The notes under the pieces: generated by a model
Seen by the model: only the letters and a program-made list of their open reading frames with translations
Databases searched by the model: none
Told to the model about the DNA's origin: nothing
Translations under genes and position numbers: made by a program
DNA from: Squalus acanthias
Lineage: Eukaryota
NCBI GenBank assembly: GCA_030390025.1
Contig: CM059432.1
Coordinates: forward strand, 57,166,001 to 57,230,000
Reading direction: 5' to 3'
DNA length: 64,000 nucleotides
In this document: positions 49,911 to 64,000 of the stretch, piece after piece
Layout of the letters: each line of letters opens with the position of its first letter
Position numbering within the stretch: the first letter of the stretch is position 1

Positions 49911-51249
49911 CAACAAAAAGACAACGTGGCTTCTTCTCATATAATATTGTTATTGATTATTATTATTAGACCAACTACCTTTTCACAACGGCGGCCCCAC
50001 ATAACCAACGCCATTTTGGGACCACACTTTGATCTTGCATGAATCATGACTACTTTAATCTACAGTCAAATGCAAAAACAGATCCCTATTTACACCAGAT
50101 GCGTTTCTCCAAATTCTCGAGATACACCACAGTTTAATCCCGATAAGGGCATCATTAAATTGCCAAAGAATGTTACGCTTGAACCAAGATTACACTTGAA
50201 GCGGGATTTCTATGTATGGCAGATAACTTGGATAATTTGCAAATCTTGATTGAATTATCCATTATGTAAAAGGATCTTAAGGATAATTTTTTTCTCACAC
50301 AAAACCTATCACACTTTTAAGATACTTTGTTGTTTTAGGTTAAGTTGACTACAATCCCTTCCCTGTGCCTTTAAATGGAGCAAGCAACTTTGAACAAGGA
50401 ACTCTTTGAAACAGGGGCAATGGGTTGGCAGTATTCTGAAGTCAGATTATGAGTAATTATGTACAATATCTTGGGGACCATTCCCGAATGTCTCCAGCCA
50501 TCCCAGGATGATTCTGTTATTTTGCTTGCTGGGTTGTTCTATATGGTTTCAGAGCACTAACTTTACTGGGTTATTCGGGCAGGTGTTTATCTGCGATCCA
50601 AAGTTGGGTTGTATCCATTCCCTGCAGTTACTCTAGTTAAAGGGGTAATCGTTTCTATCGCGTCGCTTCTGGGGCTGTGTTTCACTTCTCCATCATTTCG
50701 TATTTGCCTTTCTTTCAATCGGAATGACATGACAGGGAATAAAAATCTCATGTTTGGAGGAATCGTGTGTTAGAATGGTGAAGCTGCGGAACATCACATG
50801 TACTTCAATTCCAAACGGTCTAATAGCGCCAGTCTTGTGAGGAAAGGGACACCTTGTGCCTAGTAATCAGGATGCTCAGTGTAACGAGCTGCTTGCACTA
50901 GTTGGCTATGCTTTTATAGAGTAACTTTTTAGGAAAACACGTATAGCCCAAAACTCAAAAGCAAGTCACTAAAAGAGATACAACAGTGAGCGCACATTAA
51001 AACATATACACAACAATAAAACGGAAAGAAAACATACTTATTCCGATCCATTATTAAAATGTAAAATGTCAAGCTACCCTAATTAATTTGCCCGAGAGGG
51101 TAGCTAACCCAGGCGCCCCTGCGGGGGTCTATGTGAGATTGGGAATGGGGGTTTATGTTGGGTGGGGGGAAGGATAGGATGTAGAAGTTTATGCACAAAA
51201 CGATTTGACATTTTTGTAAGAAAGTTCCCGTTGATGGTCTTTAACTCGG

Positions 51250-52414
<1,165 letters not shown>

Positions 52415-55088
52415 TAATCACTTTCAGGGTAGCGAGAGGAGTCTTAGAACGGGAGGTGAGGTTTTTGTTTACTTCGTGTTACACACACCTATTTAAGGTC
52501 TGTCTGGCGAATGAAACCAGTTTATAAACCCTATCTTCATCCAAATCTAAACTCCAAATCCAGTTTAACCTTTTCCCTGGGTACCGAATGCAATTATAAA
52601 GAGAGCTGTTCATCTTCGTGCGTTTTTCTGTAAATAAATTGCTGCCCGTGAATAGAGTTTCGCTGAAAAACGCCAGCGATCTGCTGGACAGACTCGCTAC
52701 TTCAGTTATACAGCCAGGCACCCTGGCTTTTACCGCGACTTCTAGCTTCTTGAATACTGTACGTGGACTGTTTTAAATACGATCATGCCTATTTTTCATC
52801 ATTGTAATTTTAAGCGCATTGAGATCATAGACACTTTGGTGGTTTTCAGAGAGTGGTCCTGTATGGACAGCGACCATTTCCTTGTGCTACTCCGATCCTG
52901 ATCAAATCGCAACTGCACTCGAGTCTGCTTAAGTCTTTTCACTGAACTTGTGCCCTGTTGCAGGCAAGAGTACTAAACCATCTTGCAGGGTTTAAAGCAA
53001 CAGGGATCTGGTTGCCTCTTGACAAATGTACATAGGAGATCTCAAAGGTGTCTGTAAAGTGTAAAGGGAGACGATGGGGAAAGAGAGGGAGAAGGGGGGG
53101 AGGGGGTGCTTCTATTAAGCTTGTTCCCCTCACTGTGGGACGTGTTGCCTTGTAATGTCCGAAATAAGAGGAGGAATTGCTTTCAAGAAAACCGCAATGT
53201 GAGCAAAACCGATGTAATAAAATAACACTGCTTCTCATGTGTGTGCAGTGCAGCAAACGCGAAGGATGACGTGCTATGTAAGAGTGGGGAATAAACATAC
53301 AAATGGAAGATATTCAATGAGGTGCGCAACATAGTTTTCAGCGAAGATACATGTTGCAGTTTGTGTAACAGGGTCGAGGTTTTAACTTATATTAGTCGTT
53401 CATAGGCCTATAAGAGAAGAAAGACATTAAGTATTTAAGTTTTTTTTATTAGACCGAGATATTTTCAGATATTAAAGGGACATGGCCATTATTGGCGGCG
53501 TTTGTCAATAACATGCCCTGTGGCGGGATGACCATCCTTCTACTGCACCAAAGGCAGTAGATTCGTGTTTGGAACAAAGCACTGCAGTAAGTGACACCCA
53601 GCAGATGGGATTCACCAGCTCTCCCCTCCCCTTTGAAATTACAACAATAACCAATAATAATGATGTCATTTTACTGAAATGCGCAAGAGTGGAGGGGGGG
53701 GGGGGCGGTGATTGTGGGGAGGTGAATCACTGCTATATCATCCATGCTCTCATGCTAAACATGAAGGGGAACCTAACTTCTGTGAAGTAGTCACGTGATT
53801 GCAATATAACATTGTAAATCCCACATCATGACTTCCTCATGTGAGATTGGAGTTAACCTGACCACAAGTCAACACCAACCACACCTGATCTGAAGTGCAG
53901 CCCACCTCTAGCCATCTTGTAACATCTATAGATTTAATTGTTTCCCGTAACTTTCACACAATTACATTGTAAGCGTCCTGGGACGTTTTATTACGTTAAA
54001 GGCGCTTATATAAAGGCAAGTTGTTGTTGTTTTATATTTTTAATAATTTTCTTGGGGAGAATCAAAAGATGGAATCCCAGCTACCACGGTGTGATTCCCA
54101 AGTGACTGAAAGTCCCTGTTGTAATTTGTGCTAAAGCCCCGTGCAGCGCCTGTGCTCTGACAGCCGCTGCTCTTTGCTGATCCCTAAATGTCTGAATTGA
54201 CATTTCCATCCGCCTTCCCGTCACTCGATCCAGTGCACTTTTCCTGATTAATTGCTTTAAATGTTTCCACCAACGCTGCTTATTTAATTACCGACAACAA
54301 GCGCAGGCTTAGAAATGCATTTAAGTTAGAATCACAACAGAGTGTCAGAACTCGGCGGGGGACACCCACATACATTCAGGTGCGGATTATGTGACAAGAG
54401 GCTCCTCGCATCCTCCAGCACCTGGTAGGTCCCAATGTAGAGTCACTGGCCCTGAGGAGTGCATCCGCCGGGCAGTTTAGATATATTTACAATGTATAAA
54501 TTATTTCCTCTTTCTTGTACATCAAATACATAATATGTGCAATATTACTTGAATCTATTATATACTGATAACTGCACTGCGCGAGGATGCAAGTGTTTCA
54601 GTGATACTATAATTCCTCTTTAATAGTTCAACATGTAGAAATGATTCAGTTATTGAAGGTATGGAAACTATCTTATGTTTTAAAACTCTCAGCCATCAAC
54701 AAACATATATAGCTATTAGAATTAGGTTAGGATATAAATAAACTGTCATCACCCAGATTGTATTTTCGTGCACGCTTTGTGTTTGGGAACGCAGGCGGTT
54801 CAGTGATGGATTATAGGACAGTATTTTAGTGTCAAGGTTAATGGAGGAGAACTGTAGCGCCCCCGTAAGGGAACATTTATAATATCACACCCGTTCCCCC
54901 ATAACTTATCTGCTCCTTTTTAATTGAAAGACGATTTCGATTGGAACTTGACTAAAGTTCAGGAAGTTTTATTTAATTTCGACATACGCAACACGTTTCG
55001 TTTTCTTTAATCTCACAATTGACTGGCATTTGTTATTCAGCTTTGATCTCTGATCCATAGCCCATTCAACATTGCTTGTATTCTACAT

Positions 55089-55490
55089 AAAGAAAGACTT
55101 GCATTTATATAGCGCCTTTCACGACCACCGGACGTCTCAAAGTGCTTTACAACCAATGAAGTACTTTTGAAGTGTAGTTATTGTTGTAATGTGGGAAACG
55201 CAGCAGCCAATTTGCACACAGCAAGCTCCCACAAACAGCAATGTGATAATGACCAGATAATCTGTTTTTGTTATGTTGATTGAGGGATCAATATTGGCCA
55301 GGACACGGGATAATTCCGCTACTCTTCTTCGAAATAGTGCCAAGGGATCTTTTACTTCCACATGAGAGAGCAGAGGGACCTCAGTTTAATGTCTCATCCG
55401 AAAGACGTCACCTCCGACAGTGCAGCACTCCCTCAGCACTGCACTGGGGTGTCAGCCTAGATTTATGTGCTCAAGTCCCTGGAGTGGGAC
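55089..55490 (-). mobile_element. Deu-like SINE copy (head truncated) in the channel intron
   Basis: Reverse-complement match to 29388..29772, plus a complete tail. Confidence 0.85.
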
Positions 55491-58400
55491 ATAATAGATA
55501 TTGAAAACTAGTATGGCCTGGAGTAACGAAAATTATACGTTGTAAAAGGTAAATAAATGACTGACCTCGAAAAGATGTATTACATTATTTTATTTGGTAA
55601 CTAAGTGGAGATATCTGATATATATCTAAGAAACAGATAGATAAAAAGGAACGAGAGAACTGCGGGGAGGGAGAGGTGAGAAAAACATAACTCTGCAAAT
55701 TTTAACAATTATGGACCGGCCTTTTCAATCTGCTCCCCTTCAATCCCTTGTTTTCCGTTCAACGTCATTTTCCCTAATCTTTATAGCAGATAAAATTAAT
55801 GAAAACATGGACGCAGTTAGGAAATATATGGAGTTGATTCCTGAATAAGCATTTGATGCTGTATCCGTTGACAGTTTTGTTCAAGAGGTAGATAAACGTC
55901 TGTTCAAGAAGGGAACTGGAGGTTACAAGGATAGACAAAGATGATTAAAGACTGTGGGGAACAGGACGATTCCCGTGCTGCACATGGAAATTCGTCTATG
56001 GCCAGACTTGAATAATGTATATTGCTATGTTAGATTGATATCCTGGAGTTCTGCATGATTATTCTGGAGGTTGGGGAGACATTTCACAAAGCTTTACCTT
56101 CAGATGTCAGCAGGCAGCAATGAGCAATGATTTGATGAAACACGCTGAGGTGAGGAAGGGAACAAAAGGTTGGAATTTGGAGGTGACATCAAAGTGCATT
56201 TCCACTTAGAGGTACCAATGGGCGCACGGGGGAGGGACGCAACTCCAACAGTTTGGTCCCTTCCGATCTTCATGGTCAGTCTGGCACCAAAATCATCTCC
56301 CTTCGCATCCGGGGATGGAGACAGAGACAGGGTTGATCCTCGCTTCTCTCGGCACTTTTTAAAGCAAAACGATTCAAAATTTGCAATATCAGCCATTTTT
56401 CAGTTTCAACTTCAGTAAATCGCTCCCCCAGATGCTGACAAACCAAGAATAGTTTCCATTCACCGTTTATGTCAACATATCCGAATTTGGCGGTTTCGAT
56501 TTTCTTTATTTCTTTTCTCTCTACTTCGTCATATCTCTCAGTATCACTACTTCTTTCCGAATTCACCTTGGAATGAATCTTTAGCCAAACAGGTTGATTT
56601 TAATAGTTAAATTTAACAGGCTCATAGATCAGGTTTGTTTCCAAATCTTTTAAACCCACTGCATCTGTACCACAGCTAACTTACAGATATACCCCAATTT
56701 TATCGGAATCTACCCAGGTACAGCAAAAAAAGTTAATTCTTTAAACACAAATTATATTCCAGAGTGATGTGATCAACATATTCGGCTACCGGATATGGCA
56801 GACGGATTGAAATTGATTCGTATCCCGATTGCTTTCGGGTGAAGAGAGTCTCGGCAGTGCCGTGGTTTTCGCGAGGACTCGAGTTTGGGGTGGTTTGCAG
56901 CCCTCACTCTGCCTCCCCTGAGTTCTGAGCTTCCCCTTTACTTCTTGGGGTGGTGAGCGACTTACTGCCTAGTGTTCTGTGGTCATTCTTCTATAAACAC
57001 ATTCAGGGACGGGTGAAGCCATGCCATTTCACCTTTTTTACATAATAATGCTTCACTGGAGTTTTGTCGGTCTCGGTTTCTGGCTGATCGCTGTGTCCGC
57101 GTGGACTCGGCTCGAGAAATGGTCTCCCCTCAGCCGGAACTCAGGCACAACATTTTGCACTCTCTGTCTTTCCTTTCTGTCTTTTCCACACATCTTTCTC
57201 GTTCTCTCCCATCCTTTATTTTCGGTTATGTACCTCTCTCTATTTTCTCAATCTTACATTTCTCTCCCCATATTTCCTCAGCTCCTCTTTTCGCTCTCTT
57301 CCTGACTTTTCTTAGCTTGCCCTTCTAACCTCTCCCCGTTCCTTCTTTTTTTCTTCCTTCTGTTTTACAATCTCCAAATTGACTCCCCCACCCCCCGATT
57401 GTTTTGTTGTTACAAGGCTCGCTTGTTTTTTCATTTTTTTTTGGCAGGTTTGTAATGGAGAAAAATTTAATCTGAAAGTGTTTGAAAATGCATTCAAGCA
57501 CATAATTGCCACTCTCAGAGCAAAATTACGGAGAATGAAAGAAAGGCTCAATTAAATTACCGAAGTACTATTTAACAACCATTTACTTCGAGCAACCAAT
57601 GGATCTTCTTCAAATTCATATGAAAAGTACATTTATTTCCAAACGGACTGGCCCGATGTTCTTTCTGACTTTTGCTGAACCTTCTTCATTCCCGTCCAAG
57701 TAACAGAGGACGCGTCTGAACAAAGCGGTGGCAAATCTCTCTTCACAACCCCAAGGGTTAACGCGCTAAAACACGATGTACAATTTCTTCAGCCGCAGGC
57801 TTAACAGTTGCGCAGTCTCCGCAGAGCGCCAAATCGCAGCGGCTGCTGTTGGAGCTCAGAAGTTATTCAATCTTTTATTACTTGTGGTCTGAACTCCTCC
57901 TGTCACTCGCGGGAGCCCCCCGTGCTGCTCATTAGACTTCAAACATTAAAAAGGGAAAGCATCCTTTGCATCAGTTTTAATTACTGTACCTCACAGTTCA
58001 TGCTAGGATATCACCACGTGTTCACCCAGAAGGTTCTGTTCTAATGTATTTATTTACTGTTATAAATTGGAAACTGTAAATACATGCACAGACACATACA
58101 CACAGCTGTACCACATTTCACACACCTGTACACAGCTGTCCTGTAGGCCACACACACAACTGTATTACATTTCACACACACACACACACACACACGACTG
58201 TTCCATCTCTCACCCGCACACACAAAACGCGTTCACATTACAAACACACAAATTGTGCCATCTTTCATATGTACACAGATTCACCTTTGCCATATAATGG
58301 GCCCCATCAATATCCACAGTTGCCACATTATTCACTAATTTCTCAATAGCAGCAACTATTTGTTTTGTACTGAGTACAGCCAGGATGGGTAGGTAGCTGA

Positions 58401-58531
58401 TTATATAAGCATGCAATCCACATCAGACATACTCCACAATCAAATACCATAAGAACAACAATGATAGACCAATTAATCGAAGATTAGGGGTTCAGCAATG
58501 AATTCCCATTATTGAACCTCCTATTCCACTG

Positions 58532-58682
58532 CTACTAAGTTCCTGATCTCAGCTGTACTGCTGTGGGGAGGACTATGCTCCAACAACATAGGAGGAGGCT
58601 TAGAAGCCTAAGAGTGCACTGGAAGATACATTAGCATATGGTCCTCCCTACAGTAATGAGGCTGAGATCAGGAACTCAGTAG
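58532..58682. mobile_element. ~150-bp palindromic element (MITE-like)
   Basis: ctactaagttcctgatctcagc ... gctgagatcaggaactcagtag, with inner arms ggaggactatgct / agcatatggtcctcc. Confidence 0.65.
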
Positions 58683-59626
58683 TCTTGGTGATTCTCACGC
58701 ATGCAATAACATGTCACTACTTCATGACACCATGCATTGGCACTCTCAAACTCACACATCAGTGTGTCATACAAATTTATATATTTTTTAAATAGTTTTT
58801 CTTTCTACATGAAACACTAATATACATCATAGAATCTTTCAGGTGTCAGGCTGTGAGATATATTGTCTTGTGATGGATTCTGTGGTTATTAAGTCTCGGT
58901 GTTAGTTTAAAGACATTCAATTTATTGCTTATGTTTAATACATGGAATGAATGAATGACTTTTCATTCCCAAGTCATATCATTGCAAAATAGCCATCATT
59001 CATGAAGTAATTGTCTTTATGAAAACAGAGAGTAGGTGTAAGAATGGAGTGTGCATATATTAATTTGTTCTTTTGCTCATGCAAAAAAAAGGAACAAGAA
59101 AGCCCCATAAGAGTAAAGAATATTTAAGGTACTCTAATAAAAGACAAAGTATATCATAATTTTGCACAAACAATAGCAGTTTGGTGTTGCACAATTCTTT
59201 GATTGTATAGTCAATGTGATAGTACTTGGAAAACAAATATTTTAAAATATAGACCACCAGTATAGCAACTCCTGGACATTTTCTAAAAATGTCACATTAC
59301 ATTTCAACATTACTCAGTGTGATTTAAGATAAATACGTAGTAGTGATTTATGGATGAATAACCTTAGGAGCTTGCTCAGTGTCAGTCCAGCAAGTCCAAC
59401 TGTGCTCTTGCCCTCGGCCCAAAACTCAGAACACAGTGTTTCTAAGTAATTATATTGTGACTTGGTGCAACATAGTACTCCCTTTAAAGCTGGCAGGTGG
59501 GGGTTCCTTTTGCAGGATAACTGCAATGCTGCCTGGTATTGCAGTAAAACCAGAGTGAGCGTGCCGCAGGAACACTCATTGCCAAGTGTTCTCTCATAAT
59601 ATGGACGGTTATCATTAATTAAACTA

Positions 59627-60395
59627 AATCAGGCAATATAAACTAAAGGGTACAATTCTAAAGGGGGTGCATGAACAGAGAGACCTGGGGGTATATGTGC
59701 ACAAATAATTGAAGGTGGCAGGGCAGGTTGAGAAAGCAGTTAAAAAAGCATATGGGATCCTGGGCTTCATAAATCGAGGCATAGAGTACAAAAGCAAGGA
59801 ATTTATGATGAACCTTTATAAAACACTGGTTCGGCCTCAACTGGAGTATTGTGTCCAATTCTGAGCACCACACTTTAGGAAGGATGTGAAAGCCTTAGAG
59901 AGGGTGCAGAAAATATTTACGAGAATGGTTCCGGGCTGAGGGACTTCAGTTACGTGGATAGACTGGAGAAGCTGGGGTTGTTCTCCTTAGAGCAGAGAAG
60001 GTTGAGAGGAGATTTGATAGAGGTGTTCAAAATTATGAGGGGTCTGGACAGAGTAGATAGAGAGAAATTGTTCCCGTTGGCAGAAGGGTCGAGAACCAGA
60101 GGACACAGATTTAAGGTGATTGGCAGAAGAACCAAAGGCGACATGAGGAAAATCTTTTTTACGCAGCGAGTGGTTAGGATCTGGAATGCATTGTCTGAGT
60201 GGGTGGTGGAGGCAGATTCAATCGTGGCTTTCAAAAGGGAATTGGATAAGTACCTGAAGGAAAAAAATTTGCAGGGCTACGGGGAAAGGGCGGGTGAGTG
60301 GGACTAGCTGAAATGCTCTTGCAGAGAGCCGGCACGGGCTCGATGGGCCGAATGGCCTCCTTCTGTGCTGTAACCATTCTATAATTCTATGATTC
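59627..60395 (+). mobile_element. 5'-truncated CR1, same subfamily as 488..6689
   Basis: Near-identical reverse complement of ~495-1250; ORF 59954..60307; (ttctatga)-type tail. Confidence 0.92.
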
Positions 60396-61214
60396 CAATT
60401 CTTTCCTTCCACATGTAAAGCCCACATCAAATAAGAATAAGATTTCAAAAATTAAAAAGAAACATGTCCCACTTTTTAAGCACATTTTAAATTAAATTAA
60501 AGTTAAGTTAATTAAATTATACCCAGTGTAATTTTGCTTTGGAGCCTCAGACATATTTTATGGAAGTTAGACATGAGCAGAAAACAATAATGGGAAGTAT
60601 CTACTTAGCAAAGCCTCACCTTTCTCTGAGTAAAAAATCATTCCACCCTCCAGCACTGTCAGCTCTCACCATTAAAACTAAACGCGAGGACCGAAATAAA
60701 TCCTCCTTAAAACCAAGAATACAAAAATGCCTTTTCCGAATAACAGACTCAATGGTTGAATTTGAGTTCACTAATAGTGATTCAAAACATTTATCATATG
60801 CTTTGCGCCTTGCATTTAAATGAGAACATAGCAATTCTTTGCTATTGTCATTTTAAGTTGTATTTAAAATATGAAGAATTGGGGGGAATTGATCTTTTAT
60901 AACAGATATGTGCATATTTTAATTTGCAGGAATACATTGACAGTGCATTCCCAGATGCATGATGAAAATATGATGCCATTTTTTCCATTTTACTGTTCTT
61001 TTATATTATGTTGAATTTTCACCCTTCTGTAAATGTTGTTTTACTTATGTTTAAATAGCATTAGTAATAGATGAGATTGTCTGCAAAGCCAACAGATCTT
61101 TGTAGTTTCAGTACATTCCTTTTGCATTTGAGGGGATCACAGACAGTACTATGATGAAACAGACAAAAGTGGAGTTGTTTGTATGGTGGAGCATAGTAAA
61201 AAGCACAACACAAT

Positions 61215-62647
61215 GGTTGGAAGTTTAACCTAAAATAACGGGTGGGTTAGGAATGTGGGGGTAGTTAAATTGGTAAAAATCAGAATCTCGACCTGAACCT
61301 GCCTCCAACCCGTCCACTTCCAGTTTTAGCGAAGGTGGGATGGGAGCTGGAACAGGGGCATGCAGCCAACCCGTTGCCAGGAGGCAGGACGTCAATTTAA
61401 ATATAATGAGGCTGGAAGCCTCTTCTTTAACCTCCATTTTGTGCTTAACTGTAGCTGGTCGGGATTTACACACCTCATAAAACCCGACAGTTACAGCAAG
61501 GCGAGGTAAGTGCCTTTATACCTACCTCCTGGATCCAGGGACCCTGCCTAGCCCTCCCATCGCGATCAGAGACACCCCCACAAGGCCACCAATCGCCTTC
61601 CCGGACACCACCACCCCCCCCACCAGCACCACTGATGATCCTGAGGCCAGCCCCGATCTTCTCTCCCCTCCACCGATGATGCTGAGGCCAGCCCCGATCT
61701 TCTCTCCCCTCCACCGATGATCCTGAGGCCAGCCCCGATCTTCTCTCCCCTCCACCGATGATGCTGAAGCCAGCCCCGATCTTCTCTCCCCTCCACCGAT
61801 GATGCTGAGGCCAGCCCCGATCTTCTCTCCCCTCCACCGATGATGCTGAGGCCAGCCCCGATCTTCTCTCCCCTCCACCGATGATGCTGAGGCCAGCCCC
61901 GATCTTCTCTCCCCTCCACCGATGATCCTGAGGCCAGCCCCGATCTTCTCTCCCCCTCCACCGATGATCCTGAGGCCAGCCCCGATCTTCTCTCCCCTCC
62001 ACCGATGATGCTGAGGCCAGCCCCGATCTTCTCTCCCCTCCACCGATGATCCTGAGGCCAGCCCCGATCTTCTCTCCCCTCCACCGATGATGCTGAGGCC
62101 AGCCCCGATCTTCTCTCCCCTCCACCGATGATGCTGAGGCCAGCCCCGATCTTCTCTCCCCTCCACCGATGATGCTGAGGCAGGCCTCAATCTTCTCTTC
62201 CCCCCCACCGATGATGCTGAGGCCAGCCCCGATCTTCTCTCCCCCTCCACCGATGATGCTGAGGCCAGCCCCGATCTTCTCTCCCCTCCACCGATGATGC
62301 TGAGGCAGGCCTCGATCTTCTCTCCCCCTCCACCGATGATGCTGAGGCCAGCCCCGATCTTCCCTTCCCCTCCCACGATCCTCCGGTGGCCGGATACGGT
62401 GTTCCCTCCCCCCCGATCCTCCGGCCCCGATCCTCTCTCCCCCCCCCCACCCATCCTCCGTCGGCCGACCCCAGCCCCCACTCGATCCCTCCCTCCCTCC
62501 TCTGTGTGGCCTAATGCCGCAGGCCTACCTGCCCTGAGCCAGCCAGCCTCTCCATCTGGCTGGTCATTCTACTGGGTTTCCTGCCCGCCCGCCCACCTCG
62601 GATTCCCCCCCACCCCCCAACCCGCCTTCCCCATTAAAATCCAGCCC
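61215..62647. mobile_element. Probable Harbinger-type non-autonomous element containing a 41-bp minisatellite
   Basis: Right end aaaatccagccc is identical to the 21557-21568 TIR; the left end ggttggaagttt is degenerate; subterminal aacccgcc-type motifs as in the 20894 element. Confidence 0.6.
61631..62370. repeat. 41-bp minisatellite, ~18 units (ccgatgatgctgaggccagccccgatcttctctcccctcca)
   Basis: Unit starts at 61673 and 61714 etc.; minor 1-nt length variants. Confidence 0.95.
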
Positions 62648-62826
62648 AGTGTTTCAGTGCAGTTGCTCATGTAATGTTTGTTAGTTCCCTAACTTTCTCC
62701 CAATGTCTTCTGAAGGCATGACTGACACTAGGGTATGGTTCCATACATGCTGACTTCCCTGAGGTTATTCATGTGAATGGTCCTACTTCTTGTCTAAACT
62801 AACGTGTAAACTAATGTGTAAACATT

Positions 62827-62990
62827 GGCCCAGAATTTGCTGAAAAAATAACGGCGTGTGAATGATGGACACCGTCATTAATGTGCAAATCAGCCAGCAA
62901 CTTGTGGCGCGGAAGAGATGTCCCGTGAATTACGAATCGCCACAAATTTCTGGATGATTTGCACTAATCCACCGTAGCTTGCAAGTAATG
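62827..62990. mobile_element. Single end of a Harbinger-type MITE
   Basis: att|ggcccagaatttgc is identical to the start of the 37541 element; no partner TIR found. Confidence 0.5.
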
Positions 62991-63195
62991 ACATTAGTTG
63001 GGGTTATTGTCATTGCCTGTCTAAGAGTGGATCACTCTTGCTGGTCTGCATTCTTCTCCTGTGAGGTGGTTTGAGTGTTTCGGGGGTGGCCTGTCGGGGT
63101 ACAAAGCCAAGTGAGTCTCCAATAATGGGCTTGGTATTTCTACAGTCCCAGATGGAAGTCAAACATCACCTGCTAGAATTGGGATTTGTCACACA

Positions 63196-63745
63196 TTTCA
63201 CCATCTACAAGGCACAAGTAAGGAGTGTGATGGAATACTCTCCACTTGCCTGGATGAGTGCGGCTCCAACAACACTCAAGAAGCTCAACACCATCCAGGA
63301 CAAAGCAGCCCGCTTGATTGGCACCCCATCCACCACCTTAAACATTCACTCTCTGCACCACCGGCGTACCGTGGCTGCAGTATGTACCATCTACAGGATG
63401 CACTGCAGCAACTCGCCAAGGCTTCTTCGGCAGCACCTCCCAAAACCGCGACCTCTTCCACTTAGAAGGACAAGGGCAGCAGGCGCATGGGAACACCACC
63501 ATCTCCAAGTTCCCCTCCAAATCACACACCATCCTGACTTAGAAGTATATCGCCGATCCTTCATCGTCGCTGGGTCAAAATCCTGGAACTCCCTACCTAA
63601 CAGCACTGTGGGAGTACCTTCACCACATGGACTGCAGTGGTTCAAGAAGGCAGCTCACCACCACCTTCTCAAGGGCAATTAGGGATGGGCAATAAATGCT
63701 GGCCTTGCCAATGATGCCCACATCCCACAAATGAATAAAAAAAAA
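63196..63745 (+). mobile_element. Third copy of the CR1-group (Zenon/Crack-like) LINE, 3' fragment
   Basis: TIYKAQVRSVMEYSPLAW...HHHLLKGN; same 3' hairpin; atgaataaaaaaaa tail. Confidence 0.88.
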
Positions 63746-64000
63746 CCACAGGTGCTTCAGCTTTATGCTTGTGTGCAGAGGGGTGGAGATGTGGATGTAT
63801 TTCACCATAGTGGAAGGCTGCACCTTTCTTGCAGTTAGTACTAATAGCAATGCATGTCCTGATTTTGATCCTGGAGTTAAAAAAGGGTTCACCAAACAAA
63901 CCAATTCTTTCACTAGAGCCATATTCTATTTTTCTACCAGCTACTAATTTCACCTTGACCAGGATGACCTAAATTACTACCTCTAGATTTCATACTTCCT

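Noticed and set aside
61475..62481. Long minus-strand ORFs (216, 319 and 172 aa) as a repetitive protein gene
   Set aside because: They result from a stop-poor 41-bp tandem repeat cycling through reading frames; no splice or domain evidence.

Overview
This is eukaryotic, vertebrate genomic DNA. The repeat content (abundant CR1 LINEs, Deu-domain-like tRNA SINEs, Penelope-like elements, Harbinger elements) suggests a cartilaginous fish, but that is inference. The only host gene I can support is coding exon 1 of a two-pore K+ channel of the TASK family, most like KCNK9/TASK-3 (+ strand, 51989..52271). It sits in a CpG-rich, transposon-poor zone (~45-59.5 kb), and its intron 1 runs off the end of the window. 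The first ~45 kb is a stack of nested, mostly decayed mobile elements: CR1, L2, a second CR1-group LINE, Penelope, SINEs, two Harbinger relics with transposase and/or Myb-like genes, and several Harbinger-type MITEs. In the first 17 kb these are inserted into an old ~31-bp satellite, part of which re-expanded as a perfectly phased 29-bp array. The observations most worth following up are: Harbinger-type insertions with A-initial 3-bp TSDs (ATA/ATT/AAT/AAA), hammerhead-ribozyme-like cores in Penelope termini, the AP-1/E-box-bearing 29-bp array, a uORF whose stop overlaps the channel start codon, an RE1-like motif cluster upstream of the channel, and a 95-bp templated inverted duplication. I found no evidence of a new protein-coding system. 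Most ORFs in the track are retroelement fragments or their antisense shadows. All family names come from motif recognition by eye, not from database searches.
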